From Macrostomum lignano (Eukaryota): DNA of 64,000 nucleotides. Where the stretch lies: positions 1-64,000 of the forward strand of contig NIVC01003333.1 in NCBI GenBank assembly GCA_002269645.1, written 5' to 3'. A program made the translations under genes and the position numbers. Below, one piece after another: positions 61,669 to 64,000 of the stretch (the stretch's first letter is position 1; each line of letters starts with the position of its first letter). The notes beneath the pieces were generated by a model. The model had not been told where the DNA came from. It ran no database searches and was given only the letters and a program-made list of their open reading frames with translations.

Positions 61669-62469
61669 GCTGTTTCTTGAAGATGTGAACTTGTTGCAGC
61701 CGATAATCTTGTAGGAGGATTTGTAGGCTTGATTTTGTGCCATTGCTCAGTGTTATATTTATAGATTCAAGATCCCATAAAACACGGCTGCAATCGTTTA
61801 AATCACGCACTGCTTGTCAAGCAGCTCCCAGAAAATTATTCGACTTTCTGCTCAGGTTGCAATAAATTTTCATGTCCCTGGATTGAGCTTGATTGATGGT
61901 TTAGAGTTAATTCGCATGGCGTTAACTAACATTTGACATTTTCTCCACCCCTGCAAAATAAGCGAAACTGCATTTGAACTGTGCGCAGGCACGCTGGAGG
62001 CTGTTCACAAGGACTTTTTCTCGTTGCCGAGGCATCAAAACTCTCACCTGCGTGCCGGTTCCTCCAAAATCTAAAAATCGACCTGTAAATGTTCACATAC
62101 GCTCGTAAGCTAAACAGATTTTGATGGATTGACAAGCTCTTAATCTCTTAAGCTCTTAGATTTCAACTTCGATGCAAAGCAACTCAAGGGGGCGCTAACG
62201 CACATGACGGAAGCACATGACCGTTGGTTCTGCTTTCAGGAAGCGACACTGAGCTGCCCACATAACATTTTGTACAAATTGAGTCTCAAATTCTGAATTC
62301 AATCGCACATTCCTACCGACAAATCAATTTTAGTACGAGTATATAGAATTTAAATTTTCACACAATAACAGATAAAAGAATTCCTTTATAGAATTTTCAT
62401 TCATGTCGTAGAATGAAATTCGTATGTAATGTGTCATATCTCATACACACTGATAAGAGAAATGATAAG

Positions 62470-62645
62470 AGTCTGCAGAATTTCAGTCAGTAGAGTCCCA
62501 GTCAGTACAGTCCCAGTCAGCAGAGTCCCAGTCAGCAGAATTCCAGTCAGTAGAGTGCCAGTCAGCAGAGTGCCAGTCAGTAGAGTGCCAGTCATTAGAG
62601 TGCCAGTCAGTACAGTCCCAGCCAGCAGAGTCCCAGTCAGTAGAA
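62470..62645. repeat. Diverged short version of the 15-bp satellite
   Basis: CCAGTCAGYAGAGTS monomers after the same GAGTCTGCAGAATT lead-in as the other cassettes. Confidence 0.85.
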
Positions 62646-62904
62646 AAACTGTGAAGTTAAGTTCAGTGTGTTGGCGCAGCTCCACACAGCTTCTCCTTTG
62701 ATGAGGATGCATGCTCCGCGCCGTGGGCTTGCCTTGGCGGCTTTTCTTTCAGCGAGGCCACTTCTGCTGTCTAAGGCCCTGCCTGACCGAGAGAGGGCCT
62801 TGGTGAGAGTCACTGTCAGTTTTGGTATCACTGTCTTATGATGAGAGTCACCGTCCATCTTGGCGGGTATCGGTGTCTCTCATGATTAGAGTCACTGCAG
62901 TATC

Positions 62905-63620
62905 TCTTGGTGAATTTCACTGTCTCGCATGGTGAGTGTCACTGTCTCTCATGGTGCGTGTCACTGTCTCTCATGGTGAGTGTCACTGTCTCTCATGATG
63001 AGTGTCACTGTCTCTCATGGTGCGTGTCACTGTCTCTCATAGTGAGTGTCACTGTCTCTCATGGTGCGTGTCACTGTCTCTCATGGTGAGTGTCACTGTC
63101 TCTCATGATGAGTGTCACTGTCTCTCATGGTGCGTGTCACTGTCTCTCATAGTGAGTGTCACTGTCTCTCATGGTGAATTTCGCTATCTCTCATGGTCAG
63201 TGTCACTGTCTCTCATGGTGAGTGTCACTGTCTCTCATGGTGCGTGTCACTGTCTCTCATGGTGAATTTCGCTGTCTCTCATGGTGAATTTCGCTGTCTC
63301 TCATGGTTAGTGTCACTGTCTCTCATGGTGCGTGTCACTGTCTCTCATGGTGAGTGTCACTGTCTCTCATGGTGAATTTCACTTTCACTCATGGTGAGTG
63401 TCACTCTCTCTCATTGTGAATTTCACTGTCACTCATGGTGAATTTCACTGTCTCTCATGGTGAGTGTCACTGTCACTCATGGTGAGTGTCACTGTCTCTC
63501 ATGGTGAATTTCACTGTCACTCATGGTGAGTGTCACTGTCAGTTTAAGTGAGCGCCACTGTCTCATGATGAGTGCCTCATCTCTGGTGAGTGTCAGTAGT
63601 TTCTCTTTTGGGGAGTGTCA
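62905..63620. repeat. 22-bp minisatellite (TGTCACTGTCTCTCATGGTGAG)
   Basis: About 30 copies with variants. Confidence 0.93.
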
Positions 63621-63629
63621 CTTCAGTTA

Positions 63630-64000
63630 GCCCTGGAGACAGTAGCGGTGATGTCAATAGCACTCATGACAGCCCTGGAGACAGTAGCGGTGATGTCAAT
63701 AGCAATCATGACAGCCCTGGAGACAGTAGCGGTGATGTCAATAGCACTCATGACAGCCCTGGAGACAGTAGCGGTGATGTCAATAGCACTCATGACAGCC
63801 CTGGAGACAGTAGCGGTGATGTCAATAGCACTCATGACAGCCCTGGAGACAGTAGCGGTGATGTCAATAGCACTCATGACAGCCCTGGAGACAGTAGCGG
63901 TGATGTCAATAGCACTCATGACAGCCCTGGAGACAGTACCGGTGATGTCAATAGCACTCATGACAGCCCTGGAGACAGTAGCGGTGATGTCAATAGCAGC
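63630..64000. repeat. 42-bp minisatellite running off the window end
   Basis: GCCCTGGAGACAGTAGCGGTGATGTCAATAGCACTCATGACA units, ~9 copies. Confidence 0.95.

Overview
Eukaryotic, repeat-rich genomic DNA, most likely from a flatworm. A tegument-allergen-like EF-hand/dynein-light-chain gene points to Platyhelminthes. GC-rich poly-Q/poly-A coding tracts and dense minisatellites suggest Macrostomum; this is inference, not established. The first ~35 kb holds three solid genes among many tandem arrays and TE relics: an intronless IER/SERTA-like gene with an immediate-early-type promoter (7113-7937, minus), a 3-exon TAL gene (15107-16004, minus) and an intronless class A peptide GPCR with non-canonical KRY and NPLCL motifs (22312-23715, plus). 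From ~35.2 kb to ~62.6 kb lies a tandemly amplified cassette with six copies of a small intronless gene (TATA box, signal peptide, 6-Cys 29-aa mature peptide, AATAAA), each beside a 15-bp satellite of variable length. Three cassette junctions carry a 2.4-2.6 kb terminal-inverted-repeat element inserted exactly between AAA and TTT with no target-site duplication, and three empty AAATTT sites occur in the same window. This is the signature of Spy-group DNA transposons. The element holds a decayed DDE transposase C-terminus, a SWIM-like segment and a USP-type deubiquitinase domain with Cys and His boxes. BEL/Pao and LINE relics and an inverted satellite are also present. Most long ORFs in the supplied track are translations of tandem repeats. 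All family assignments come from motif recognition by eye; no database search was run.
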